Shown one piece after another: positions 28,089-40,320 of a DNA stretch of 64,000 bases; positions within the stretch are counted from its first letter, which is position 1, and every line of letters starts with the position of its first letter. The DNA is from Callorhinchus milii. Taxonomy: Eukaryota. The stretch spans positions 4,960,001 through 5,024,000 of the forward strand of contig NW_024704753.1 in the NCBI RefSeq assembly GCF_018977255.1. The letters are read 5' to 3'. A program made the position numbers and the translations under genes. Under the pieces are notes generated by a model, which made no database searches, was not told the origin of the DNA, and saw nothing but the letters and a program-made list of their open reading frames with translations.

Positions 28089-28181
28089 AGGTCAGAGTAA
28101 CTGGCTGCAGCTTGATCGCAGAGTGCTGGATCATGATTTGCCTAAGAAAGCAGGACCGGTGACCTTATTCTTTTCGGTCAA
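28089..28181 (+). CDS. FRMD4B: FRMD4B exon 4 (GQSNWLQLDRRVLDHDLPKKAGPVTLFFSVK)
   Basis: tcctgcAG acceptor, GTGAGT donor, 93 nt, phase 2/2; visible in ORF 28003..28185. Confidence 0.96.
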
Positions 28182-28742
28182 GTGAGTATTTGCATAAAAG
28201 TGAACTCAACACAATGTGCAGGAATAAATTTCAAAGCAGGATGTGGCTCTAGTTTAAACTGTTTGGGCTTCCTCAAGCTGGGCTCGGTGTTTGCTGGAAA
28301 GACAGATGATTTAAATGGAGACTTGATGTGAGAGGAAACTATTTCAAGTCAAGGGAGAGTGAGTTGGGATGTGTTATTTTGGACATTAACTTCGCTACGA
28401 TATCTAAATGTTTTTTTTCAAACCATCAAGGACCAAGGTGGCTGACGCCTGCAGCTGGNAAAAAAAGACAAATTAAAAATTGATTTGAATGCAACAAGAA
28501 CATGTGCATTGGTTTTATAGTGCTGTTTTGCAATACTTTCTCATCTTCTCATCCTTGATGTCAACTTTGGGTAAAAAAAACTTATTGCACCTCAGAGCAG
28601 AAGCTGCTTTTAAAGAACTGAAGAATAGAAAATAAAAAGCATGTTATGTTTACCAATTTATTGGGCATTGCAATTTCTTCAGAAATTAAGTTAACACTCT
28701 AATGTTCTAACGTACACTCTTTTGTTTCTTTGTGTGCTGTAG

Positions 28743-28827
28743 GTTTTATATTGAGAGCATTTCATTTTTAAAGGACATTACCACTGTGGAATTATTCTTC
28801 CTCAACACCAAATCTGCCATTTCCAAG
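28743..28827 (+). CDS. FRMD4B: FRMD4B exon 5 (FYIESISFLKDITTVELFFLNTKSAISK)
   Basis: gctgtAG acceptor, GTAAAA donor, 85 nt, phase 2/0. Confidence 0.95.
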
Positions 28828-29979
28828 GTAAAACTCATTCACCGATACTTTATCATTGAAACAAACTGCTTTTATTTATAGCTGGGTTTTAGTTCCGCCT
28901 AATAATTTCACTATTTAACCATGACTGTAGAAACTGTACACTGCCCTGTACTTCACACTGTAGGTATCACACAACATTCCTTGGAAGGAATATTAAAAGA
29001 CCATAATGTAAACAATGGGACAAATAAAAATTCTGATTCAAATCTATTTATGTTGGAAATTACCGCAATGTGATTTAAGACACAGAGGCTCACCATGTAC
29101 TTGCACTGAGTCTGTAAGGCTGTTACAATTACACAGTGTGACGTACTATATAATCTCATCAGATCATAAATGGGTGTGGCACTGAGAGCATCACGTCATC
29201 GTCTATGACTGACAGATTCTGTCTCATACCTTCAAAACTGAATAGCTTGTGTCCTTTAGACACTCACATAGTAAATACCTTGCATTTATGAAGTAAGGTA
29301 AAAGAACGTCACAAAGTACTAGACACATTAATAGTAACAATCCTTACATTTGATATAGAGCCTTTCACCATGGGAAAATATCTTAAAGTACTTCACAGGA
29401 TAGTGCCTGTGTATTTGTTTCGTAGGCGAATGAATGCAGCCACTTTGTGCACAGCAGTGTCTCACAAACAGCCATATCAGTGAATAACTGATATTCTAAA
29501 TATGTGGTTATGCACATGGAACAGGGAAATGAGGGTTTGAAACATGATGACGAGAAGCACAGTTGAAGAGATTTTTGTAGTAGGTTATTGATGACAGAGA
29601 GGTAGCAAAAATTTCAGATAATGACTGATCCACAAAACTTTCAATCACATATATAGTATATATTTCCAGCATATATATAGTATATATTTTACGTCATTTT
29701 GTTCTCCTCTCCTGAATTAGCTTTATTTTTTTATTTCCTTCTTCCGAGGGCAGTAGCATGGTTGCCGGTTGCCCACCAGTACTTTGCCAGTGGTAGTTGT
29801 TCACACTTGAGCTTTGAAAGTAAGTTGACAGGCTAACCACAGGGGGGCGTCACAGCCAGGCTTGGTGCTGTCCTCACCTAAACTCTAGCTCCGAGCTAAA
29901 CTCTACCCTTGAGATCATTGAGGTCAATATGGTGCTCTAAGCGATATCTGTCTGAGGTCAGCTAACTCCCGTCCCATGG

Positions 29980-30320
29980 AGACCCGTAGCATAGTGATGA
30001 ACATGCTCACCTCACAAGCAAGAGGGCCCGGGTTTCATTCCTGGCTTCATTTCCTTCCTCCACATGCCTCTGTTTACCTAGTAGTAAGCAGGAACCTGGT
30101 TGTTAGTTGATTGGCGAATCGCTTTCCTGGGGTAATAATCCCACCCCCACTAAAAATTAATTTGGTCCTACAAAACATGATTGTTTGTGGGACACTGCTG
30201 TGCACATTTGGCTGTCGTTTTTTGCCCTCAAAATACACAGTCAATCCATTTTACAATATATTCTTGGAAGCACCTGGAGATAACGACGTGATAAGGTATT
30301 ACATCAAATGCAAGCATTAG
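29980..30320 (+). mobile_element. Diverged SINE, long variant
   Basis: Degenerate head, GCCTCTGTTTACCTAG segment and tail. Confidence 0.8.
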
Positions 30321-30819
30321 GTTCATTATCGACTCATCACAGAGTGGAATTTAAACCTGCAGCCTTTTGGCATGTACGATTTAGCGCTGTAACACACCTT
30401 TACTCGCTTATCATTGTAAGTATCAAAAAAAAACTTGAGTGCATTTCAAGCTACAGAGGTGTGGCTTTGTTTATCTGGAGATTCAATTTAATGCGGGCAA
30501 CTCTCCTTTCTCCATCGAGTCATGCTGGAGAATGCTGCCCTCCAGCATTGCTCCTAAGTGGACATTTTTCATGTGGGAGTGTGGCCAGGAAGTATCAGAA
30601 CGTTGGTCACACAGGGTGAGAAGGCATCATAGCCATATCCGGTCACCATCTGAATACCATACGTCGAAACACGAGAATGAAAAGGAAGAATCATCTTGCC
30701 ATGGGTTACAATCCCTGACTGAGGAATGCAGTTTAACAAGAAAAATAAATGTTGTACCAGTGATTTTAGAGCCCTAAGTGATGCATTCAATTTCCAATAC
30801 ACTTTCAGTGGTGCTTATG

Positions 30820-31095
30820 TATACTTTTACCAACAGGAATTTAAAGCTTGGATGTCATCCATGCTTCATAACATAACCCTCTTATAGTGAATGTTACTGA
30901 AATGAACAGAGAATAATGGATACTTGGAACGAACATAATTAAGGGCCTTGAGGCAGGTAACCTCAAATCCACAAGAGAAAATAGAAGGATAATGGAGGGA
31001 GTAAGGAGTGGATAAACACTCATGTGGAATATAAACACCGGCATAGACTAGTTGGGCAGGATGGCCTGTTTCCGTGCTGTACAATATATGTAAAT
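30820..31095 (+). mobile_element. CR1-type LINE 3' fragment
   Basis: Ends GGGCAGGATGGCCTGTTTCCGTGCTGTA followed by short tandem repeats. Confidence 0.6.
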
Positions 31096-34000
31096 CTATG
31101 TAAAATCTCAAGTGATTTAGAGAAATCATTCAAACCCAGAGAGGAGGTTGTGGCTGTAATTTTTTTAAAAAAGTAGGTAATTTGCAATTCTATAAATATT
31201 AAGGTTATTCTGGTTTTGATCATTTGTTCAGCTTGACTCCAGCTATCGATGAAGATGTCAGTGTCTTTCATCTCCTTGAAGCAGGACAACATTCATACAA
31301 GTGGTATGAATGTTAGTAAAACAACAACTTGCATTTATATAGCGCCCTTCATGCAGGGTAGCTTCCCGGAGGATATAAACAGGGTGAGGAAGCATCACAG
31401 CCCTATCCAATCACAGATGCTGACACCACAGTCGCCCAGGTGTTGTGGAATGGGGGAAATCTGTGCGGTGCACAGTCAATTTCATTCTGACAATACTGGT
31501 GACGGGGTAGACAAAAACCGTGCCAAGGGTTTCAACTCCAGTGTTTCTCCTCTCGAAAGCACCACCACCAACTTCCGTTTATGTAGTGCCCTTGAAGCAG
31601 GATTGCATCTTGGAACACTCAAGTGCAGATAGGTGAACCCAAAACTAATGTTGGATCCAGTTTCACAGGTGATAATTGTCCTGCAGCACCTTGCCAATCT
31701 TTTGACAAGCATGGATAGTGAATGGCATATTTTATAATAATAAATAATAAATAATCCTTGCATTTGATATAGGGCCTTATCATGTCTTCAAGACGTCTCA
31801 AAGTGCTTCACAAAATATACTGTAAAGTGAATTGACTATCTTTTGTGGGCAAACTCTATGGGGGGAAGGGAGAGAGAAAATCACAGCAGTCGTCACTTTC
31901 CTTCCATATGTGTAGACTATCCAGATGTTTCCCCACAAAGCAGTTGCTTGACTAATAGCCGTTGAGAAGCTAGAACTCAGATTTCTTGCATGTTTTATGC
32001 AAAGACATATTTCATGAAGTTCAGTGAGTTCAGGAACCCTCTCATACTATTTTGGAGAGGCACAGAGAGCAGACGGGTACTCTCTCACATAGAGGGAAGG
32101 AAATTCTGAGTTCTAGATATCCAGAGCTACACTTGAGCACCTTCTGGTGACCTACTTTAAATGGGCACTGATACAAGCCCAACAGCAGATCTCTCTGACC
32201 TTTCCTCAGCACTGCAAGTAGAACAAGATCACAATAGTTACAAAAAAGGTAGAATTAATCCGATATTAAGCCTTGTTAGTGGTAAATGCACTGTGCAATA
32301 GACCTTGACTTTGACTGCAGTTGGTTTTGCTTAGTGTTTTAGACAGCTATGCATTTTGTTAAAATGACTCGTAACGAACTTTGACTCTGACGTGTATTTG
32401 CTCATCTCCACCCTAATTCTGATTCATTAAGAAAACAAGAGCACAGAATGACAAGCACACTGCGGTGTAGTTTTCATGAACTCTTGCATGACCTGCTCCT
32501 CTTTTGCAATATTATATATAATGGCTTTGAAGAGCTACCAACACGTGAGCATCAATCATATTCAAGGCTTCGCTGCTGGAGAATTAATGATCATGTAATA
32601 CTTGCAATCCTACGCAGTTATGTTAATAAATCACAAGGTGGCATGGAAACAGTTTAGGTTTGGCAATTGAAAGGCTTTACTTTGAGGTTCCCATTTTGAA
32701 ACGAATAAGAGTATGAGCCAGAAAGCAGTTTGCCTTCTGCTGCTGCTTTTGTCCATATAAAAGTAATTGAAAACTACCGTTAAACCTGAACAGTAACATT
32801 AGCTTAAAAGTTGGACAAAATTCTTAAGACTAAAAATAATTGTGACATTCAGGCAATTTCCAAATTGAATACTCAACAGTGCATGCTTCTTTCCCACCTA
32901 AGTAGTACAGTCACTGTAATAATACCAAAAAAAGTTAAACAACAAAGGAATAGTTGGAGAATATCCAATGGAAAAAGTGAGGAGGTGTCTGGAATGAGTT
33001 AGCTACCCTGCAGATAACAAAATGGTGATAGTGACCATTTATGAGTGGGCAACATAAGTGTGGGATAGTGAGGGTGGAAATTCCTCCAGGGTCTAGATTT
33101 ACTCTTATCAATGCAACATTTCAGAGTGTGCAACATTTGGCAAATTCAATTTAACTTCAAGTTTTAAAAAGAACTTACAGAAAATCAGAGAGATGGTACT
33201 ATCCATTCTGCCAGTCTCCGTTGTGTTCAAGCTTATGGCTCAGAAATTCAGCCCTCCATAACCACCAATCTCTACCATAGATTTCCAGTTTTTATACATT
33301 CATAAAATTCTGCTTACCTTTGATTTATTTCCTTCACAGAATTCTCAATCACTTGCTGCAGGGACGATTAAAAACTGAGCATATACTTGTGCATTTAGAC
33401 TTGGTTTTCTGTAGTCTTCGGATAAACAACTGTGAAGTGAAAATAAAAATATTTTAAGGCCTCATTAAAATTACATGCATTATCGCTTTGCACGCAAAAG
33501 TCCTTTAGACATGCAAAATTTCTGACCATAAAATGTTATGAGTAGCTGCTAGCTAGGGATATTTCAGTGTAAATCAACACAAAAGGTCAAAGCACTTTTC
33601 AGAGCATTACAAAGCAGATCTCGTATCATTCTATGTACATCTGAGGTACAATATGCACTGTTTAATAATACATTGATTTTCCATTTCCCTTGACAAAAGT
33701 TAAACGCAATAGTTTCAGATTATGTTGGTGTCCATTTCAGAGGCAGTGCACGTTTCTAAACTGGGAATCGTTTGTAATAATAATAATAATCCTTGCATTT
33801 GTTATAGCGCCTTATCACGTCGTTGAGATATCTCAAAGCACTTCACGGGATTATAGCACTGGGAGAAGTTATTGACTTTTTTCCTGGTAGAAGTAACTGA
33901 GCATTTTAAACATGCAAAGTAAAATGGATTAATTTTGTGCTTCTATCAAAACCTTATCCATAGAGACAAAGAGAGAGAGCAAGAGAGAAAGAACACACTG

Positions 34001-34529
34001 TGGCACAAAGCACATTATGTACAATGTTATCAATTTGTAATTTTCAGGACTGACAGGTATTTTACTAAGGCTTTAAGCATAATAAAAATAGTTTTTTTGT
34101 TGAAAAAACTGAAGGGGTTTACTATTTATGCTGCCTATAGGAAGGAAATTTATGCTAAATTCAGTTTAATTTCAGGAACAAGACGAGTAAAGTTCAAATG
34201 CATATCTCACAGGTACTAAAATAGCTTATTACAATCCAAGACAAAACATCCACACAAAGGAGTGTATTTTAACAGAAAATTCTGTTCCATTGGTAAAGCT
34301 TTGTGGGTTGTATAAAGTCTGATTATTGCTCACTGAGACTGGCTTGAAACTTGCCTGAAACAAGGGAAGGCAGTGTTAAAATGCATATTTGACTTCCCTC
34401 AGAGGGCAAGCTTTGCAAGTCTTGACAAGGTCAACTGTGAAAGGGGGGGAGAGAAAATAGACAGCGGGATTTCTTTCTTGTACCTGTTAAAGCTGACGTC
34501 CTGATGGGATGACCAAAATTGGTCCTGAT

Positions 34530-34680
34530 AATTATTTAGATAATTATTTGGGGTGGACAAATTTGCAGGGCTATGGAGAGAGAGTGGGGGAGTGGGATTG
34601 AATTGGATAGCTCTTTTCAAAGAGTCACACAGGCACAATGGGCCGAATGGCCTCCTTCTATGATACTATGATTCTATGAT
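34530..34680 (+). mobile_element. CR1-type 3' end
   Basis: GGGCCGAATGGCCTCCTTCT followed by (CTATGATT)-like repeats. Confidence 0.7.
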
Positions 34681-35324
34681 TGATTGTACGCTTTGCCTTA
34701 GAGATGTCTGGTGTAGGTACCTTGTACTTTAATAAAATGTTGCCTCGTGGAAGCTAACTTTGTCTGAAGGAGAGGTCCCATTTGTTATGTTAACATAATG
34801 CATATACGTTTGGGATTTCAAAGTTTTTAATTTGATGGCTTTGTTTCATATTTTAATAACACAGCCTGTTGGTCTCATTAATATTTACAAGTCATTATCA
34901 TATCTGGGAAATGGGTAACCACGAGTAAAATCCGACCATGGATTTATTTTAGTGAAAGGAACAGAACCTCATGTAATCCAATATCTACACGGGTCCATTG
35001 GCAAGTTTTCTATTGAAAATTTCCGAAATCTCCAACCTTCCTATCCATTAATAAGTATCCGGGAAAAATGAGCTAATCATATTCTGTTTGCAGTCGAGTA
35101 AAGCATTGCAATCAGTTCTCATTGTAATGGCATATGTACAATATACCAGCTTGGTTCAGGTGGTGGCACTTTCGCTTCTGAATCGGAGGTTGTGGGCTCA
35201 AGCCCTAGTTTATCGCAGCGCTAGAGGAGCACTGCATGACAGAAGTGTAGTCTTTCAAATGAGACACATGTATATATTCACAGACTATATTGTAAAGTGG
35301 ATTGATATATAGTACATAGTTTTG

Positions 35325-35617
35325 GGCAAGTTTCCTTACTCCACACGCCTCTGTTTACCTAGCAGTGAGTAGGAACCCGGTCATTAGTCAATTGGTGGAT
35401 AACTTTTCCAAGGGTAATAATTCCTTCAAAAAAATAATCATAATTATAAATTGGTCATTCAATGCACGACTGATTTTAGGACACTGCAGTGCGCAATTGG
35501 CTGCTGCATTTCATCGACGAAATATACAATCAATTCACTACAGTATATTCTGTGAAACGCTTTGCGACGTCTCGAAAACGTGATAAAGCGCTATATCAAA
35601 TGCAAGGATTATTATTA
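35325..35617 (+). mobile_element. SINE, long variant lacking the head
   Basis: TTGGGCAAGTTTCCTTACTCCACACGCCTCTGTTTACCTAG through the ATT tail. Confidence 0.85.
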
Positions 35618-36127
35618 ATTATAATATTCATCCAGTGCTGCCAATAGTAAAAGCTTTGGTTTAACTGGAAACTTTCTGTGAATTATTAAGCTTACCCCAA
35701 AATATTTTCCTTCCTACACTTTTATTAATAGGGAGCACAGCTTCATTGTGTGCAAAGGTTTACTATATCTTTCAATGTGTATTACCTACATTTTTTTACA
35801 TTAAACCCCAGCTGCCACCCTTTCAACCAGCTACTTAATTAATCCAACTCTTTCTGGAATGCTATTGATCTTTCACATATTCACCTGGCTACATAGCTTG
35901 TTATCATTAGGAAATGTTTTAATGTGGCTTGAAGTGTTCTCCAAGTCTTGTGTAAATAGAGTGAACAGTGGGGGATCATGAAGTGCTGAGACAGTGCTCC
36001 TGTCTGACATGAGTCAGCTTCAGAACTTTGCTTCATTGATCTGCGGAGGCAGTGAGTGAAGTACAGGTATTTTCCCACAGGGAGGGAAAGCCAGACTGCT
36101 ATAAATCTCCTCCATGTGGTCATAGTG

Positions 36128-36450
36128 TGTCAACCTGGCGCAGTGGTAACACTCTTGCCTTTGAGTTCAAACCTCAAATCAGGAATTCGAATTGCATAGT
36201 CTAAGCTGACGCTCCAATGCAGTGCTGGGAGTATGTTGTGTTGTCGGAGATATTGTCCTTCAGATTATACTTGAAACCAAGATCCTGTCTACCTGTTCAG
36301 ATGGATCACATGACACTATTCGAAAAGAGAAGGGAGTTTCTCCCAGTATCCTGACCAACAACTACCCCAAATAAAATTGGTCATGAGCTTCCGTGGCTGT
36401 TTGTGGTACATTGCTGTGCGCAAATTGCCTGCCGTGTTTCCTGGCAGAAA
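36128..36450 (+). mobile_element. Old Deu-domain SINE relic (SacSINE1/AmnSINE-like)
   Basis: Degenerate tRNA head, then GCTGAC.CTCCA.TGCAGT.CTG..GAGT...CACTATTCGAA..GAG..GGGAGTT.CTCCC, matching the DeuSINE domain as recalled; related pieces at 35148-35265 (+) and 54120-54277 (-). Confidence 0.65.
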
Positions 36451-37039
36451 CACTTTTCTAACGTCTTTGTGTATTTAAAATGCTCCTAAAGTTGCATAAA
36501 AGGACTACTATACTCACAAGGTATTGAAAAATGGTTCTCTAAAGTGATGTACCCCCGATCCATTTGATGTATCTCATGAACATTACATATTGGGGGAAAA
36601 AATACAAATCATGAAGACAAATTACATTCCTTTCGTTTTGTAATATCTTGGCTTGAAAAGGGAGTGTTGTAACTGGTAACTGGCTGGCAGTTAATGAACC
36701 AAACATTGGGAAGAGGTCTAATACTTCAACTCCCTCACAATGTCTGGCTCAAATTTCAACCCCACCGTTTTTCCTGATTTGAGCATTAACACTCACTTAC
36801 CCAACAAAAGTATTGTATTTAACACAAAATAAAATGCGTGTGTGGCTAAAGGTTCAATGTTTATCACTATGTCTTTGTAACAACTTGATTTTTAAAATAA
36901 GTTCTTCAAGGCTTGATTCTTTGAGCTAATACGCAAGTGTAATAGCTGTTAGTGGAATCATTAATACTTCATTTGTGGTACCAACAATCTGACAATTAAC
37001 TTGTGTTTTTACAAAAAAAACTTCAACCTCACAAAGGCC

Positions 37040-38350
37040 ACTTCATATTTCATGCCACAGAATATACAGTCAATCCACTTTACATTATATTCTGTGAAGC
37101 ATTTTGAGACGTCTCAACAAAATGATAAACCACTATATCAAATGCAAAGATTATTATTATATTTTCAATTGCAAAGTGAACTTGATTTTCTGATAGAAAA
37201 TGGCACAATAATAGAGGTATTCCATTTATAGTAAATTAGAATAAAAATACATCCATAGATAAGATACATTAAGAGGCAGACTGTCAGGATTAATTTGTTT
37301 TTTGGTTGTTTAAAATGTATGCTTTTAAAATGATTTATTCACCTATGTTTCGCTCACAAAATATACAGTCAATTCACTTTACAGTATATTCTGTGAAGTG
37401 CTTTGAGACGTCTCGAAGATGTGATAAGGCGCTATATCAAACGCAAGAATTATTATTATTATAACTTGAGACCATAGGCTGCTCTCAAGATTCCAAATTA
37501 TACCGTGAAATCTGGGAATAAGCNTTTTTTTGGCTCTTGAGGAAGAAACATCTTTACTCAGCAGCTGTTATACTGAAGCAACAGCCAAGCTCATGAATCC
37601 CCTGATGTGCTGGATCGTAGAACAAACCAGTTTTACTGCTTTGCAGCCCAATCTAGCCATTGGTATTTCAACAGTATGCTTCTCCCACAAAAAAAATTAA
37701 ATCAGACCAGAAAGGAGGCAAAATTATTAAATTAATTTTTCAAACATCGAAAAGTAAAATAAAATGCATCTTATTTATTCCTTGTGGGTTCTTTATCAAC
37801 CTTACTCATGTTCATTACAAGACCCTGGTGGGCAGTTAATAATAATAATAATCCTTGCATTTTATATAGCACCTTATCACATCTTCGAGACGTCTCAAAG
37901 TGCTTCACAGAATATACTGTAAAGTGAATTGACTGTATATTTTGTGGACAAAACAGGGCAGCTAATTGCACACAGTGATAATAATGCATGCATTTGATAA
38001 TAGTATGTTTCATGTCAGCAAGACATCTCAAAGCGCTTTGCAGGATTTACTGTAAAACAACTATTTGTAGAACAATGCGGCGGCCAATTTGTGTATAAAA
38101 ATTAAGCAAACGTTTGTATATTTTAAGACAAAAATCTCCATTTGTAGGTGGGATGCATGGAATTCTCAGCTTGGTTTGGATACTCTTAATAATAACTTGT
38201 CACAACGCCTTGTCACATCTTCGAGACGCCTCAAAGCACTTCACAGAACACACTGCAAAGTGAAATGATTGTATATTTTGTGGGCAAAATGCGGCAGCCA
38301 ATTGCGCACAGCAGTGTCCCACAAACAGTCACGGATTGAGTGACCGAATT
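37040..38350. mobile_element. Cluster of SINE 3' fragments in both orientations (+ about 37055 and 37350; - about 37838 and 38190)
   Basis: Repeated family body/tail and its reverse complement. Confidence 0.85.
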
Positions 38351-38648
38351 ATTTTTTTTTAGCATGGTGATGGGTTTCTGCATCTGTTAAAGACACTAGG
38401 CTGACCAAAACCAAAATAAAAGGCATCCAGGAGGGGAAGGGAGGGTGAAGAGAGATGGAGATATTTTGGAAAGGAAACAATGTGTTCAAAAAAAGTAACC
38501 TTGTAAAATGTTTGTTTCCTTTTGGTTTCCCCTTCAAACTTCCTCGGGGTTTGATGTTGGGACGACAGCTCACCAAAACAGCAAAAAGATGAACAGTTGC
38601 CAATTGCTGTTACAGGGGCAGCAGAAAATGTAGATTGAAGATTAATTG

Positions 38649-38955
38649 GGAGTCCTGTAGCTCAGTGGTTAGAGCACTCGAGAGACCTGGGTTTGATTCC
38701 GGCAGTGGGCGAAACCGTGGGCAAGTTTCCTTACTCCACACACCTGATAATAATCCCCCGAGAAACAAAATACAAAAGAAATTGGTCACTGCAATCCGCG
38801 ACTGTCTGTGGGACGCTGCCGTGCGCAATTGGCTGCTGCATTTCGCCCACGAATATCCGGTCAATTCGCTTCACGGTGCATTCTGCGAAGCGCTTTGAGA
38901 CGTCTCGAAGACGTGAAGAGCGCTACATCGGATGCGAGGATTATGCTTATCATTA
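38649..38955 (+). mobile_element. SINE copy with GC-shifted sequence
   Basis: Colinear with the family but carries many A/T-to-G/C differences. Confidence 0.9.
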
Positions 38956-39147
38956 GGGGTTTAAATCCAAACTGGTAGCTGAGAGGGATTCGGTGGAGGG
39001 CGGCGGCGGCGGTGGTGGTGGTGGTGGTTGGGCGGAATAACTTACGACAAACTCGAGCACGTGCGTGTCGAGTCTGCGCGGAACGCAGCAGTTTGCAGAC
39101 TCCGGAGGCGAAGTATTTGGGTCGTTTCTTGCAAAAATATTATTAAC

Positions 39148-39490
39148 TCCCACACACACTCCCCTCCTCTCCCCCCCCCACACACACTCCCCTTCTCTCC
39201 TCCCCACCCCCCACACACTCCCCTTCTCTCCTCCCCCCACACACACTCCCCTTCTCTCCTCCCCACACACTCCCCTTCTCTCCTCTCCCCCCCCCACACA
39301 CTCCCCTTCTCTCCTCCCCCCCCCCACACACTCCCCTTTCTCTCTCCCCTCTCCCCTTCTCTCTCCCCTCTCCCCCTTCTCTCTCCCCTCTCCCCTTCCC
39401 TCTCCCCTTTCTCTCTCCCTCTTCACCCCTCTCTCTGGCTGCTCACCCCCCTCTCTTCACCCCCGCCCCCCCTACTATTAACCCCCCCCT
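39148..39490. repeat. Pyrimidine-rich minisatellite, unit about CACACACTCCCCTTCTCTCCT(C)n, grading into (CT/C)-rich sequence
   Basis: Direct tandem repeats; same unit as 43327-44390. Confidence 0.93.
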
Positions 39491-39772
39491 GAACACCGGC
39501 CCCTTTGAACCTTTTGTATTGCTGAAGAGTCGGTGCCCACACAATAACCACCCGCTGTGCCCAGTCTGTGCTCTGTGCCCATTCACTCGCTTCCCTATAA
39601 CTCTGTCTGTCTGTCTGTCTGTCTGTGTGTCTGAGGTTCCCACTGAATTAATATCTGAGAGCCACCGATTGCTTCACTTTGTGTTACAACCCATCCTGTT
39701 TTTTTTAAAAAAAAACACTTTCTGACCCTGCATTTGATTTTTCTCTCCCTCTCTCTCTCCCCCCCACCCCAG

Positions 39773-39795
39773 GAAGCTAAGGGAGATTACACCAG
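39773..39795 (+). CDS. FRMD4B: FRMD4B exon 7, 23-nt microexon (EAKGDYT-S); lies before exon 6 in this sequence
   Basis: Long polypyrimidine tract + ccccAG, then GAAGCTAAGGGAGATTACACCAG, then GTAAGA. Phase 0/2 exactly bridges exon 6 (...ILQ) and exon 8 (S-DESAR). Confidence 0.92.
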
Positions 39796-40008
39796 GTAAG
39801 AAATTACACACTGTTTAAATCTACAGCTCAAATGTTTTATGTGTGTATCGGTGCAGAACGTGGCAATTGCAAATTGGCTGCTGTATATGTTGCCAGGCCT
39901 TTTTTTTTAATGCAGCTTTGAAGTTTGCAACCTGGTTCTTGTCTCGGATCTGTGATCAGTTGTAAAATGAGGCGAGTTACACATCATGTTTTTATGTAAT
40001 TGTCTTCT

Positions 40009-40320
40009 GTCCTGTAGCTCAGTGGTTAGAGCACTCGCTTTGCAAGCGAGAGACCTGAGTTCAATTCCAGGCAGAGGGCGAAACCTTGGGCAAGTTTCCT
40101 TACTCCACACAGAGCCTAATAATAATCCCTCCAAAAACCCAAAACAATAATAAATTGGTCATTTTCAATCCACAACTGTTTGTGGGACATTGCTGTGCGC
40201 AATTGGCTGCCGCGTTCGCCCACAAATATACAGTCAATTCACTTTACAGTGTGTTCTGTGAAGCGCTTTGGGACGTCCTCCCGACGTGAAGAGCGCTATA
40301 TCAAATGCAAGGATTATTAT
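40009..40320 (+). mobile_element. Full-length SINE, young short variant
   Basis: Near-identical to the copies at 4816 and 60796. Confidence 0.93.

Noticed and set aside
29647-29690. Short duplicated CATATATAGTATATATTT motif
   Set aside because: Low-complexity AT tandem duplication with no evidence of function.
38953-39492. Overlapping low-complexity ORFs
   Set aside because: Same minisatellite artefact.
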